From NCBI GenBank assembly GCA_977017645.1, contig OZ360222.1:208320001-208384000 (forward strand): a DNA stretch of 64,000 nucleotides, read 5' to 3'. Shown in pieces: positions 35,138 to 47,645 of the stretch (position 1 is its first letter; every line of letters starts with the position of its first letter). The notes under the pieces were generated by a model. It was not told the DNA's origin. It saw only the letters and a program-made list of their open reading frames with translations, and searched no databases. The DNA comes from Torpedo marmorata. Lineage: Eukaryota. Both the position numbers and the translations under genes were made by a program.

Positions 35138-36768
35138 TTTTCCTTTTTAAAATAGTTTTATTGAGTTCAACATATAAACAAGTATACTGGAAAAAAAAGA
35201 ACATATCATCGTACAAATTCAAAGGAAAAACAAACAAATGGAACTACATTAGCCAGTTCCTAAATTTTAATATAAAACAAGTTATGAATATGTTATAAAT
35301 TCATGTTAAAACTCATATTCCAAATTATTGACTAAAATGAAAAATATTTTTAAAAATTCAAAAATAAAATCCTAAAAACTAATTCTAATCTAACCCCTCC
35401 CTCTATTCAAGGTTACCTTTATAACAAAAAGAAAAGAGAAAATGGATCAGATAGCGACCTCCAGACCTCGGACAGAGAATCCTCAGAACATTCACGTTTA
35501 TTAATTCTTCCAATCATGAAAGTATTCTATAAATGGGCCCCATATCTTTAGAAATTGAAACTTTCTATCTTTAATATTATATCTAATTTTCTCTAAGCTC
35601 AGATAAGACATTACATCCTGTAACCACTGTCTATGTATCGGTGATGAATCGTCTTTCCATTTCAATAAAATTGCTCGTCTGGCTATCAATGTGGAAAAGG
35701 CTAGAACTTTCTCCTGAGATATTCTTCGTATATATGGCAGGGAAAACAATCACGCATAAATAAAACCCATCTTCAAAAGATTAAAAGGAATGGAGGGTTA
35801 TCACTTCCAGAGTTTAGATTTTATTATTGGGCGATTAATATTCATAATTTGCTTTTATTATTGTATTTTGATAAGTTAGAGATTCGCCCCTTATGGGTGG
35901 AAATGGAACTGAAGTTAGCAAAAAAGACATCTATGTCAGCAATTTTGGGATCCTCTTTACCATTATCCTTTTCCAAATTAACTCATAATCCTTTATTGAG
36001 ATATAGGTTGAGAATATGGGTTCAGTTTAGAAAATTTTTTGGTTTTAATAGTTTTTCTCTGGCTAGTCCTATTATAGATAATCATCTTTTCCAGCCATCC
36101 GTGTTGGACGCAGGATTTAAGGAATGGTATAGAAAGGGAATTCATAGTTTTCATGATCTTTTTATTTGAGATAACTTCGCCTCTTTTGAACAACTGGTAG
36201 ATAAATTTAATTTTACTAATAGACATTTTTTTAGATATTTACAAATTAGTCATTTTGTTCAGTCTAAATTATCAGATTTTCCTTGAATTTCAAATACTAA
36301 TTTTCTCGATTCATTATTTAATTTACAGTTCTTTTTTCAGCGTGGATTAACGTCATGCATATATAACGATTTATTGGATATAAGATCAGTCCCTATGGCA
36401 GGGATTAAGAATGATTGGGAACGTGATTTAAATATAACATTTTCAGACGAAGACTGGTATCATACTCTTAGCTTGATTAACACCTCTTCTTTCTGTGCAA
36501 GACATTGTTTATTACAATTTAAGGTGGTACATAGAATCCATATGTCTAAACTTAAATTATCTCGTTTTTATGCAGATATTGATCCACTATGTGAGAAGTG
36601 TAAAATTTTTGAAGCCTCACTGATTCATATGTATTGGGAATGCCCAAATTTAGAGAGATTTTGGAAAGATATTTTTCAAACTTTATCGACGATTTTTAAG
36701 ATTAAAATAGAACCATGTCCGATAATTGCTTTGTTTGGTTTTTCACGTGAACCAAATATACTTTTGTC
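35138..36768. mobile_element. L1-clade LINE with 5' inversion (3' part on minus strand about 35138-35725, upstream ORF2 part on plus strand about 35726-36768)
   Basis: 16-bp TSD TAGGCAATGCATTCCT (35122-35137, 36769-36784). The plus part runs WQGKQSRI...LLQFKVVHR..CEKC..SLIHMYWECP..NILLS. The minus part continues SQEKVLAFSTLIARRAILLKWK..LEKIRY..F.KIWGPF to AATAAA/poly(A). Confidence 0.9.
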
Positions 36769-37539
36769 TAGGCAATGCATTCCTAACCTGTAACTTTGTT
36801 GCTTTGTTTTAAAGCGATCTCTAGAGTTGCTTAGCATTTAAATTTGGAAGAATGCATAATTGTTTTTCAGGAGGTCATTTGCACTTTATAAAACATGAAC
36901 ATTATTTATTTAATGAATTTAATGTTTTGGTCACAGCTTCTGTGTTTAGTCCTACAGCAATGTGTTTCTTCTGCTGGGAGAGTGGTACAGCTTGTATTAG
37001 AGGTGTCAACATGGATCCATCAATGCTTTTCTTGTATTGACTGATGAGAGCGTTTCAGTGTGGGCATTCCTGAGTTACTTTCCCCATCGAGTTACTTTCC
37101 CCATCCTTTACCTCTGTACAGGAGCCATGTACTTTCAAATTATAAGCTACATACTTATGAATCACTGACTGGTCTCCTACTTATTCAGAGAAGGGGAAGG
37201 CAAGTTTGAAGATCAGTCACGGTCCAGGATCCAGATATTTGTTACGTGCCGCAGCACTGAAACATTCAATGGTTACGGCGTTTAATTGACCACCTAATGG
37301 TTGGAAGTGGTGGCAAATTCCTTCTGTGAATGGGTTGGGTTTCATTTCCACAGCATGAGTTAATTATTCCACTCTGCTGGACAAGAACATTTCTGCTTTT
37401 CTGCAACGTGACATGAGTTTAAGGATGCTATGATGTCATAGAATGGCACAGCACAGAAACAGGCCCTTCAATCCATCGAGTCAGTGCCAACCATTAGCCA
37501 CCCTATTAGACTAATCCGAGGTTGATCTCTTTTTTTAAT

Positions 37540-38045
37540 TAGAACATAGAACATTACAGCACAGTACAGGCCCTTCGGCGAACGATGTTGTGCCAACCTG
37601 TATAAACCTACACAACAAACTAAATCTTCCCTACCTCACACCCATAATCCTCTATTTTTCCTGCATCCAAGTGTCTGACTGAGTTTTTTGAATAACCCTC
37701 TTGTACCAGCCTCCACCACCACTCCTGGCAATGCAATCCAGGCTCCCACTACTCTGTGCGTAAAAAAACAAACTTATCCCTGATTTCTCCCCTAAACCTT
37801 CCTCCCCTCACCTTGTACAGATGTCCTCTGGCTGCACTCGCCCCAGGAAAAAGATGCTGGCTGTCCACCCTATCTAAGCCTCTCATAATACTGTAGACCT
37901 ATATTAAGTCCCCTTTCATCCTTATTTGCTCCAAAGAGAAAAGCCCTAGCTCTGTTAACTCTCATAAAACATGTTCTCTAATCCAGGCAACATCCTGGTA
38001 AATCTCCTGTGCTCCCTCTCCATAGCTTCCGCATCCTTCCTGTAA
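37540..38045 (-). mobile_element. CR1 LINE 3' fragment
   Basis: AGAACATAGAACATTACAGCACAGTACAGGCCCTTCGG tail complement; AATCCAGGCAACATCCTGGTAAATCTCCT. Confidence 0.88.
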
Positions 38046-38084
38046 TGAGCGTCATGTATTCTTCCCACATTTTCATCGCCAACC

Positions 38085-38290
38085 CCACATTCTAACAATA
38101 CATACACACAAGGGATAAGTAACAGCGTCCAATTAACCTACCAATCTATACGTGTGTGGGAGGTAACCAGAGCTCTTGGAGGAAACCCATGCAGCCATGG
38201 GGAGAACTTATATATATCACACATCAGCACCCAAGGTCAGGATGTAACCTGGGTCTTTAACACTGTGAGGCAATGTGCACCACTGTGTCC
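38085..38290 (-). mobile_element. V-domain SINE, diverged (its 3' part probably at 37435-37535)
   Basis: GTGGGAGGTAACCAGAGCTCTTGGAGGAAACCCATGCAGCCATGGGGAGAAC is an antisense V-domain. Confidence 0.7.
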
Positions 38291-38708
38291 TCTCATTGCC
38301 ATTTCATTGACTCAAAAACCTGGCAATCTTTGCCCATTGGCAATCCCCCTCAGAGGGATCATGTAGCATGATGAGTGGCAGAATATGAAGGCATGTAGTT
38401 GTAAGTTTGGGGCCAGACACCTTGTTGGAGTAGAATAGAAGGAGCTTCTTCTCCATTTAACTTGTTTAATATCTCAGCTGTAAGTGCTTACTGCCACAAT
38501 TTGCAAAGAGTTTTACTTTGGATCCATCCCCTGCTGCACTTTCCTGGGAGATCTAGATGAAGGGAGCATTGCCTTCCATTCAGCTGATCCTGGTATGACC
38601 TGGGAGTGTCTCATAACCATTGCGAAAGCTAACAACCTGAGCTCAAAAAGCAATGTGATGAAAATAAAATTTTGTGTATCTGTGCTTTGTGTGTTTATGA
38701 GAGTCTAT

Positions 38709-38710
<2 letters not shown>

Positions 38711-38754
<44 letters not shown>
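38711..38754. repeat. (GT)n microsatellite
   Basis: Direct reading. Confidence 0.97.
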
Positions 38755-38756
<2 letters not shown>

Positions 38757-39507
38757 AGTGTGTCACCTTGCTAACTATGTTTATTGATTTGTTACAGCCC
38801 AGGACAACTCCCAAAGCAAGTCATTGATGGGCCCAGTCGGGAGCCATTCTCAGCATCTTTCAGTCCACAGTACTGACCTCATTGACTCTAAACCACAGAG
38901 CCCTGTGCAGTCGTGGATGGCATCACATTCGGACATCACTTACAGAGCTGGGACCTTCGCAGCTGCCTTGACATGTATATAAGTGGGTGATCAAGGAGGA
39001 GAGGAAGAGAAAGAGACTTCATTTTGTTAGGCAGACCGGAAAGAGTTACTGAAACCATGGAACAAGACTTTTATATTAACATCTATTGAGTATTATGGGG
39101 TACATTTCTGTGCCTGGTCATAATGTTGTGTGGTGTGATGCTTCTAAATTGGTTTGGAGAAGTCAGAGATTATGAGTTGCAATATTCCTTCCATTTGGCC
39201 TCAGTGGTTTGCAATAGCATGGCTCCAATTTAATCTCACCATTCCCAATCAAAATCCTTCCTGAATCCAGTGTGAGAAATAATCATTCGTGGTTGAAGAA
39301 ATTTTCCAATCGTTCCATATTGGTCCTACCTTGATTAGTATTGTGGATTCCTTGTCCTTACTCAACTGTAACCTGGAGTGCAAGAAGAATTGTGAAGTTA
39401 GACCTGTAACAAAGGAACTGTTTTGAAGTTGAGCACAGAAAAATGTCACTTCACTGATGACGAGCAGTGGAGTCAAACATTTCCTAGCCATTATCCACTT
39501 GTTCAAG

Positions 39508-39682
39508 TAGAATACAAACTGTTGGAGGAACTCAGCAGGTCAGGCAGCATCTGTGGAGGGCAGAGGATGATTAAAATTGCAGGATGAGACATCAGGACTG
39601 CCTGAGCTGCAGAATTCCTCCAGATGCCTGTTTTTTTTTTATTTGTGGCAGATTACAGCATCTGCAGTCTCTTGTGTCTCTG
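39508..39682. mobile_element. Fold-back Penelope pLTR derivative
   Basis: TGGAGGAACTCAGCAGGTCAGGCAG pairs with CTGCCTGAGCTGCAGAATTCCTCCA; ends CAGCATCTGCAGTCTCTTGTGTCTC. Confidence 0.7.
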
Positions 39683-40227
39683 CAGAAGAGTGAAAGTTTG
39701 ACTTGATTGTCTTTAATGACACTGGAACACTCTAGTGCTCTCATTGGTGGGACTCCAGTAATTGTGACAGAGCACAGTGCTCCAAAACAGCACAGATTGC
39801 AACCACAATTGTAGGTAATCCTGTTGGGGATTTTTCCACTTCACTTCTTAACTTTGTTGGAAGTTCAGTGAAACCAGTAAAGTTCTGTTACCTCTCCCAC
39901 AGCTTTAAAGCAGCAGATGAAATCAACTCTGCAGGAACACAGGCAAGATGTCATTGCTGAATATTCTAGTATTTTTTCCTCTTGCCCATAATTTGCTGAA
40001 CAATCACATACAATTATACAAATGAAAAGATAACACGATGTAGTTATTAAATGAACAACCTAGCCTTGCGGAATAAAGGAAAGCCACAGAATTATCCAAT
40101 ACCTGCTGTTTATTTCTTAAAGTTCATCTTCCTCTTCTGGTCTCCACAAATAAGGTTAGTTCCTACTTTGTACATATGATCCCACACTAAGAATTTCCTT
40201 TGGCTGGAATTATGAAGTTGAGATGAT

Positions 40228-40462
40228 GCCCATAGTTAGCATAGTGCCAGCAACCTGGGTTCGAATCCGGCACTGTTGGTAAGGAGCTTATACGTACTCC
40301 CCGTGTCTGTGTGGGATTCCTCCGGGTGCTCCGGTTTCCTCCCACCCTTCAAAACATAAAGGGGGTTGTAGGTTAATTGGGTATATTTGGGTGGCACGGG
40401 CTTGTTGGCCAGAAGGGCCTGTTACCATGCTGTACGTCTAAATTTAAATTTTTAAAATTTAA
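40228..40462 (+). mobile_element. tRNA-derived V-domain SINE
   Basis: GGGTTCGAATCC B-box, V-domain, and TCTAAATTTAAATTT tail. Confidence 0.88.
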
Positions 40463-41485
40463 ACATGATAACCAAATAGCCGGTAGGCATATTTGGTTCT
40501 CCGCTTGTTCCATTATTTTGAGCCATGTACAGCTATCTGGCACTGTTTCTAAAGTATAAAAGCTTCCTCCATGTCTATTCATATGTGGGATACCCAAGTT
40601 TATTTAACCCTTCCACTCTGTTTCCCCCTCTCCCCGCCTTGAGTTCCTGCACTTGCATAGCAAACACAAATGTCTCATTCTTTCTTCCTCATCGCCATTA
40701 ATCACTGACCATATTTCATCGGCTCGATTCTTTAACAGCAAATATCCCTTCTAACTGTTTTCCTTCTAGAATACCTAAGAATCTATCATCCTGCAGAATG
40801 GCCAACCATGGCTGCATATCTACAGTTTTGTTGTGGATGAAATCAGAGAGGCTCAAAGGTAATAGAAACTTCTTTTGTGGACAATTGGGCTAAATTTGAC
40901 CATGCCAGTAGCACAAAACAATAGTGTACTGGTAGCTCATTTTACAGCAGGCATATTGGTTTGCTTCATACAATCCACTTCTAGTTGTCACAATGTGGTC
41001 AGAGCATTTCTAGTCGTGGCTGTCTTCCAATCTTTGCTCAATTAACTCACCTTGTTAGCTAAAGGTGGCCCCTGGAGATGTTTTCTGCAGATGTGAGGCA
41101 GACCCAGCCATACCCACCTGTCCTCTGTATCTTATGCCTTGACCTACGAGCCTTGTCTGTTAGCAGACTGCCTGTGGATTAGGTTGCTTGGATCAACATT
41201 GTTCCTCCAATTCTGAGCTCCTTTTGCCCTTGCACTGAAGGCAAAGGCTTTAAGCCCATCGACCCCAGAGTCTGAAGTTCATAAACTCTTCACCCCATCC
41301 GTTCTCTTCAGCTTTCAAACCCAACTATTTCATCAAGTTTTCACTCCCTTCAACTCTTGGAACAGGACCCCCCATTTTCTTTCACTGTTCAACAATGTGG
41401 CAATTTTGAATTACTAAATGCACTTGTAATTGCTTTTCATTGTTAAGTAATCCTTGCATTTAAACAGTACTTCTTAACTAAAATT

Positions 41486-41650
41486 AGAAATGCTGGAAAT
41501 ACACAGTCGGCCAGGTTGCAAAACAGAATTAACCTTTCAGGTCATTGACCTTTTGTCGCACCTTTTTAATAAAAAGCCACTGATCTGAAACCTTAACAGT
41601 TTTTCTCTTTGTAGATCCTGCTCAGTATTTCCAACATTTTCTAGTTTATT
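41486..41650. mobile_element. Old fold-back Penelope pLTR derivative
   Basis: GAAATGCTGGAAATAC pairs with GTATTTCCAACATTTTC; TTTCAGGTCA pairs with TGATCTGAAA. Confidence 0.55.
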
Positions 41651-42306
41651 TCCGACTCCGAGCAAACAATTTATTTTTTCTGTAAATAATAATTCTGCAC
41701 TGTTAAAGAGTGAACCATTGTCACCCTGCCCAATAAACACCAAGTCCTCATTGTGCTACCATCAGTGACCATTAACCTAATAAATAAATAGCACCTCCAT
41801 TTATTATATGGTTTTTACAGTGACCCACTCTTACCATGCTGAACAAATAACAACTCAATTGTAATACAGTAAGTGACCTTTATGATTTGGAGTGAATAGA
41901 ACCCATAATACATTCCAACACTTTCTTTAATCGATGATCATTTTTAAACAAAGCTAGTTGTGTAACAAACACATACCAGAATAACAAACTAATTGAAATG
42001 GAAAGCTATCCAAAACATTTCAAATGGCTACTTCCATATTGCACGTCAGCCAGGTACTCTTCAGGGTGCCATATACAAAATTGAACACTCATTAAAGTTA
42101 AATGAAAATCATAAATATGTGTTAACGATTTCCCTAGCCTGTTAAAAGAAGTACTTTAGCAAGGCCAGCACATAAGGCACTTTTAGTGAGTGGAAATCTG
42201 AAACAGATCATGGTAACCAGGGTGATATTAACAGGTCTCCTCAGTGCAACAGTTCCCTGTTTTTTGTTAGCAGGCCAATCTTCTCATACATACACACACA
42301 CACGTA

Positions 42307-42531
42307 NNNNNNNNNNNNNNNNNNNNNNNNNNNNNNNNNNNNNNNNNNNNNNNNNNNNNNNNNNNNNNNNNNNNNNNNNNNNNNNNNNNNNNNNNNNNNN
42401 NNNNNNNNNNNNNNNNNNNNNNNNNNNNNNNNNNNNNNNNNNNNNNNNNNNNNNNNNNNNNNNNNNNNNNNNNNNNNNNNNNNNNNNNNNNNNNNNNNNN
42501 NNNNNNNNNNNNNNNNNNNNNNNNNNNNNNN
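42307..42531. other. Assembly gap (225 N)
   Basis: Run of n preceded by a (CA)n-like repeat. Confidence 1.
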
Positions 42532-42599
42532 CATTCAGCCCACTATAGCAGCTCTCAGAGAAATTTCATTCTCCTACTTATTTCCCTGAAACTATTCTT

Positions 42600-42870
42600 T
42601 TTCAAAAGCCTCTCAACTCCCCACTGATTCTTCTACCTTTAAAGGGAACTAACAGTGGCCAATTAATTCAATAGTGTGTCTTTGGATTATAGAAGGAAAC
42701 TGGAGCAGCCTGAGAAACTGTGGTGGGTGGGGGGGGGGGGGGGTTAAGAAGTGGTGGAAGGAATCACAGACAGAACAGACAAAGTGCACATGGACAACAC
42801 TAGAGATCAGACTCCAACCTGAGAGTCCGGAGCTGTGAGGTGGCTTCTTTACCTGCAGCACCACTGCTCC
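42600..42870 (-). mobile_element. Diverged V-domain SINE
   Basis: GGCCAATTAATT...AGGAAACTGGAGCAGCCTGAGAAAC...GAGCTGTGAGG, similar to 5530-5850. Confidence 0.6.
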
Positions 42871-43179
42871 CCTGTATGAACTGAGTTAAGGGTAATACAT
42901 TTCTCAGGGACACCAATGAATGATGACGTTAATCTCTGGGTTAAAGCATGCTCACATTTCAATAGAGTTCAATTTTACAAATTAACATCATACTTTAAAA
43001 ATACTCTGTAGAACTAACAATTTCTTCAAGCCTTTCTCCTACATTTATGCCAGGACAATGTTAAACTAATTTTCTGACATTGACTGTTGGCTGTATTTTA
43101 CATAAGGAATGTTCAGGTGTGAACATAGGCTTGGAGTTCAGCCCTGACAACAAAATTCACCCTCAGGAAATGTCTGAAA

Positions 43180-43945
43180 GATGCTTGAAGTGTGAGATGT
43201 AGGCAGGAAGTGACACTAATTTATTGTGACTTTTTCTGTGCAATAACACACATGGGCAGATTTTACATCACCCTCTCCTGACAGGCCTGGAATTTCCACT
43301 CCCTTTCATAAGAATTGTTGCTCAGCTAATTGTGAATCTTGTTTTTTTTACTGTGAGGTGGATAAAGTGACTCCTAATTATCTACTTTTGTAGCTCCAGG
43401 TCACAGCGACGCCCATTTTCACCCATCGTCTAAGCCAGTTCTCTGAGAAATCCTATTCTTCCTGATACTATTTTCTTTCACATGCCTTTTAAGACCCCAA
43501 TGATGCTTGAAGAGTGGGGAGTAGGCAGGAAATGAATCTAGTTTATTGTGACTTTTTCTGTGACATCACACTCATGGACAGATTCCAGACTAACCCTCTC
43601 CCGACAGAGCTGGAATTTCCACTCATTTTCATTGGAAATTTTGCACATCTAACTGCGAAACTTGTTTTTCACCGTGAAATGGGACAGAGCAGTTAGTGCC
43701 AGCAACCTGGGTTTGTATCCGCCACTGTCTGTAAGGAGTTTGTACATTCCCCCCGTGAACTGCGTGGGTTTTGTCTGGGTGCTCCGGTTTCCTCCCACCC
43801 ACCAAATACATACGTGGTGTAATTGGACAGCATGGGTTTCATGGGCTGGAAGAGCTGTCGATTATGCTGTAGCATTAAAATTAAAATAAAAAATGTGGAA
43901 AAAGTGACATTTAATTATCTGCCTTTACAGCTTCAGGACACAATA
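43180..43945 (+). repeat. Diverged tandem duplication of a unique module of about 230 bp (43180-43405; 43502-43679 plus 43893-43942), second copy split by a SINE
   Basis: Shared blocks GATGCTTGAAG, TAGGCAGGAA, TTTATTGTGACTTTTTCTGTG, ACCCTCTCC, CTGGAATTTCCACTC, AAAGTGAC and TAATTATCT. Confidence 0.85.
43680..43892 (+). mobile_element. tRNA-derived V-domain SINE
   Basis: CTGTCTGTAAGGAGTTTGTACATTCCCCCGTGAACTGCGTGGGTT...GCTCCGGTTTCCTCCCAC, with an A/T-rich tail. Confidence 0.85.
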
Positions 43946-43954
43946 TTGAGTTCA

Positions 43955-44047
43955 ATGCACAAAAGTGCTGGAGAAATCCAGCAGGTCATGCAACATCTCT
44001 TGGAATTAAAGGGTAACCAAAGTTTCGGGGATGAATCTTTCATCAAG
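43955..44047 (-). mobile_element. Diverged Penelope-derived mini-element (about 95 bp)
   Basis: CACAAAAGTGCTGGAGAAATCCAGCAGGTCA...GTTTCGGGGATGAATCTTTCATCAAG has the same extent as 18949-19045. Confidence 0.65.
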
Positions 44048-44361
44048 TAACTTTCTTGTTTAACCGCAATATTGAATTGACTGCTGTTCAGCATCTGGGG
44101 AGGTTGGCCTGGAAAGGAATATTGTAGCTCAATTTCATAGTCAAAAGTCAATAATCTGTGGTCTGTATTCAGCCTAACCACGCCATGCCTAACCAAACCA
44201 AGCCTAACCAAATTGGGCCAAAGGGAACAATAGGTCCTAATCTGGATCTAATTAATCCAGGCCCATTCAGATTGGGCCCAAACAAATATGGAGTGGGCCA
44301 GCCACACCAGAAAAGGCAGGTGAAAATAAATCTAAGCAAGGCGGACCCATGCAGGGGTGGC

Positions 44362-44805
44362 TAAAGGAAAGCCCTGATAATCCAGCATGCTTGGGACACT
44401 GGTGAGGCCGAACCTGCAGATTTTCTGGATTATTCCCATTAATATCCCAACATCTTTAAAAAAAAAAAAATCACTTTTTTAGACGATACACAGGATTATA
44501 ATACCTTTTTACAGTGAACCTGCTTAGTTTAAAGAGGTTGGGGGAACAGACCCCAGAGAGTTAAATGGGTAGGTCAGGGACAGTGTGTAGAAAGGAGTGT
44601 GAGAGCATTGGCTCTGGCCAGTGGAACCGGGGCCCCGGTGAGTCAGAAGGGAGCATGGGAAGCTGGGCCTTAGCAAGTGAGAGAGGAGTGTGGAAATTGG
44701 GGTCCCAGTGGGTTGGAAGAGAGCGCAGCATATCTTACCTGTTGAGCCGGATGTTGAACCATCAGGATTTCCAAATGATTGGATGCTGATTATTGAGGAT
44801 TACTG
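44362..44805. mobile_element. Tigger/pogo-like non-autonomous element, decayed
   Basis: The left end AAAGCCCTGATAATCCAGCA and right end TGCTGATTATTGAGGATTACTG form imperfect TIRs. Confidence 0.5.
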
Positions 44806-45723
44806 ATTTTAAAATGAACACTCTTAGCAGGTTGTATGCATGATTAAAACTATGGGATCCCTTTTTGTACCAAACTTATTTTTCTTGTAGGAATCACACC
44901 AGTTATACGTAATGTCATAAAACGATGAACTAATTCTGTTAAGGTACATTCTTTGGAGTTCGTCACAATTGAAATGCATTTTAAATTCTGGCCATAATCC
45001 CCCTTCAGGTAACGAAACAGAGGTTATGAAACAGTCTCACACAACTTAAATTTCAGGAGAAACAGCATGATTCAGCTTGGTTTGGTATCGTGGTTTAGGT
45101 CTGCCTTCTGCGAGTGATTTATTTTAACTAAAAGTTATTTTATATGTAAATCTCATTCATTCAAAATCCTTTTTTTTATTGGTTCAAATTGTATATATGA
45201 GTATTTCATCACAAATGCCACGAACAGCAAAGCCATTGGCTGCTTGAATTCCCTATAGATGTGAAAATTGGGCCTGGTTAAATGAAAATTAAAAAAAATA
45301 CAATTGAACTTTACTTGTATTGTGACAATATAATCGTCATTTGGAATCTGATATCAACAGGAGATGTTTCTGGAGATGTGGAAGAATCCCACAATGGCCT
45401 GAGGTAAATTGCAATGTCTCTGCTCTTTGGATACTCATCGTCCATACTAGGATCCAGTTTTGTTTTGTACACTAATAATTGCTTTCCTGCCAAGATTGTA
45501 CAAAAATTAATATTCTGTTGCTGTTCTGAGTCTGTCATTGGAAATCACCCAAAGAGGACTAAGAAATTCTTCTGAAAGCGCAAAGGTTCATTTCGGTGAA
45601 GACTTTGGAAAATGTTGGCCTTTGTTTTTGTTTACTCTCTGTCCAGTTCCAATTGTTTCTCCCCGAATGAGATAAATCCTGAAGGTTCAGAATATAATCA
45701 GTTTCGGAAACACTCAGCTGGTC

Positions 45724-45972
45724 AAATTTTAAATTTAAATTTAGACATACAGCACGGTAACAGGCCCTTTTGGCCCTCGAGCCCGTGCCACCCAATTCCA
45801 CACAATTGACCTACAGCCCTGGTACATTTTGAATGGTGGGAGGAAACTGGAGCACCTGGAGGAAACCCACGGGGAGAACGTACAAACCCCTTACAGACAG
45901 CACCGGATTTGAATCTCGGTCGCTGGCGCTGTAACAGTGTGCACAAAATGCTATGCTAACTGTGCCACCCCA
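45724..45972 (-). mobile_element. tRNA-derived V-domain SINE
   Basis: Reverse complement of the family at 22331-22577 (AAATTTAAATTTAGACATACAGCACGGTAACAGGCC...). Confidence 0.9.
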
Positions 45973-47449
45973 CAGTCAGGCAGCTGGGAACAGGAAGTGT
46001 TGACATTTCAGGCAGACGCGAACTGAAAAAGAGCAGAGATATGAAAAGTCAGAAAAGGGAAAGCTCTTGCATTCATTTGCCATATCATCTTTCAAGCATC
46101 TTTTTAAAAAAAATGATTGGCTTAGAAATTCTTAAACCTCTCAGAAAAGGTGAGTCAAATTGGATCTGGAAGAATCATCAACACCTACAGTCAAATTTTA
46201 ACATGCTGAGGGCCAGGGTCTAATGCACAATTCTTTCACACATAAGCATGCACCTAGACCTTTCCTCTGTTAGCCCTGCCTCTGCACAGTGAGGCCACAG
46301 ATTGGAGGGTGGTCTGAGAATATAGCAAGAGGAATGACAGAGGTCAGCAGGGAGGATTGGGTTTGAGGCATGGTACACTGATGTTGAGGAAAGGAGAACC
46401 AGGAATCCGGAGCTGCGAGTGGAACATGCCATCAGTTGTGATAATGTGGTGATGATCGGCGTGGTCAAGCTGCATTCTTGGATTTAGGTCTTGGAGAAAG
46501 GAGTTCCAGTATGTGAGTGGGGCCCATAAGATCTACCAGCAGTGGAGGGGTTAAGAAAAGCTGGGTGCCAACACCAACCAAAACACCTAAAGAAGGCATA
46601 CAGGCAAAATTATTTGGATCACCCTCACTGTGGATCACGAATAATTGAAACCATTTCACTAATGCAGTCATCAATTGTTTCAGCATGCTTCAGCCCAATG
46701 AAGAACTTTGTATAAGTGACAACAAGATATATGTTGCTATTCCCAGCAATGGCCATTGTCTCCACGGTCGAGTATTGTTTTCACTGAGGGCCTGGGTCAA
46801 ATTTCTGGGAGTGCCTGAACTCCTAAAATCTTGCACTGAAGCCCTGAATTGGGCAAAACACATACTGAGACCCTGAGTTTTGATGTGTGACATCGACATC
46901 TGTTCAAAACCCACTTGTTCTAAGACAAAAGGACCTTGGTGTTTTAACTCTCTGGCCTCATTGGAATGCCAGCAGTTCACTTCACATCTGAATGGTGGAG
47001 GCACAATCCATGATGCCCAGTTCTCTCAAGATCAACGGGATCAGCTGACAGTTTAATCGGTATGGAGAACAACAGGTATCTCTTGTTCCCTGAGACTTTG
47101 GTGAGCCCATTTGACAACAAAATACAAACTTTCCTTTATGGCCTCTTCTGACCTTGACCCCAGGCTTGAATGGCGCTGTCAGTCAGTCCCTGACAGAATC
47201 ACTAGCACCCAACGTGGACAAGCTGTAAAAGAACCAACTAGTCGATAGGTAGCTGACATCCCTCTCTGCCTGCGGAGAAAAGTGAAAATACTGCAGCAAC
47301 TTGAGTGGCCATTGAGGGGTTTAATTGCTGATCCAAGGGGAAAACTACATTTAAAATTACAATTGATACTTTCACATACTTCTCCTTTCCCACATGGAAG
47401 ACAAAGCCACAATTTCCAAGGGCCTTGCTGAATGAACATGCATTGAGTC

Positions 47450-47645
47450 ATGAGTAACAGGCTCCAGGATTAGTGGTGGAAGCAAACACAATAGGAGCAT
47501 TTAGGAGGCTTCTAGAAAGAGACATGGCGGGAACAATATTAATCAAGTGCAAGGTGCAGAGTATTAGCTTGATTTGGACATCATATTTGGCATAGACATA
47601 TGGGATGATGGCCTGTTCCTGTGCTGTACTGTTCTATCTTCTAAT
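47450..47645 (+). mobile_element. CR1 3' terminal fragment
   Basis: GTGGTGGAAGCAAACACAATAGGAGCATTTAGGAGGCTTCTAGA...GGCCTGTTCCTGTGCTGTACTGTTCTAT. Confidence 0.75.

Noticed and set aside
42186-42548. ORFs spanning 42186-42548
   Set aside because: They run through the N gap.
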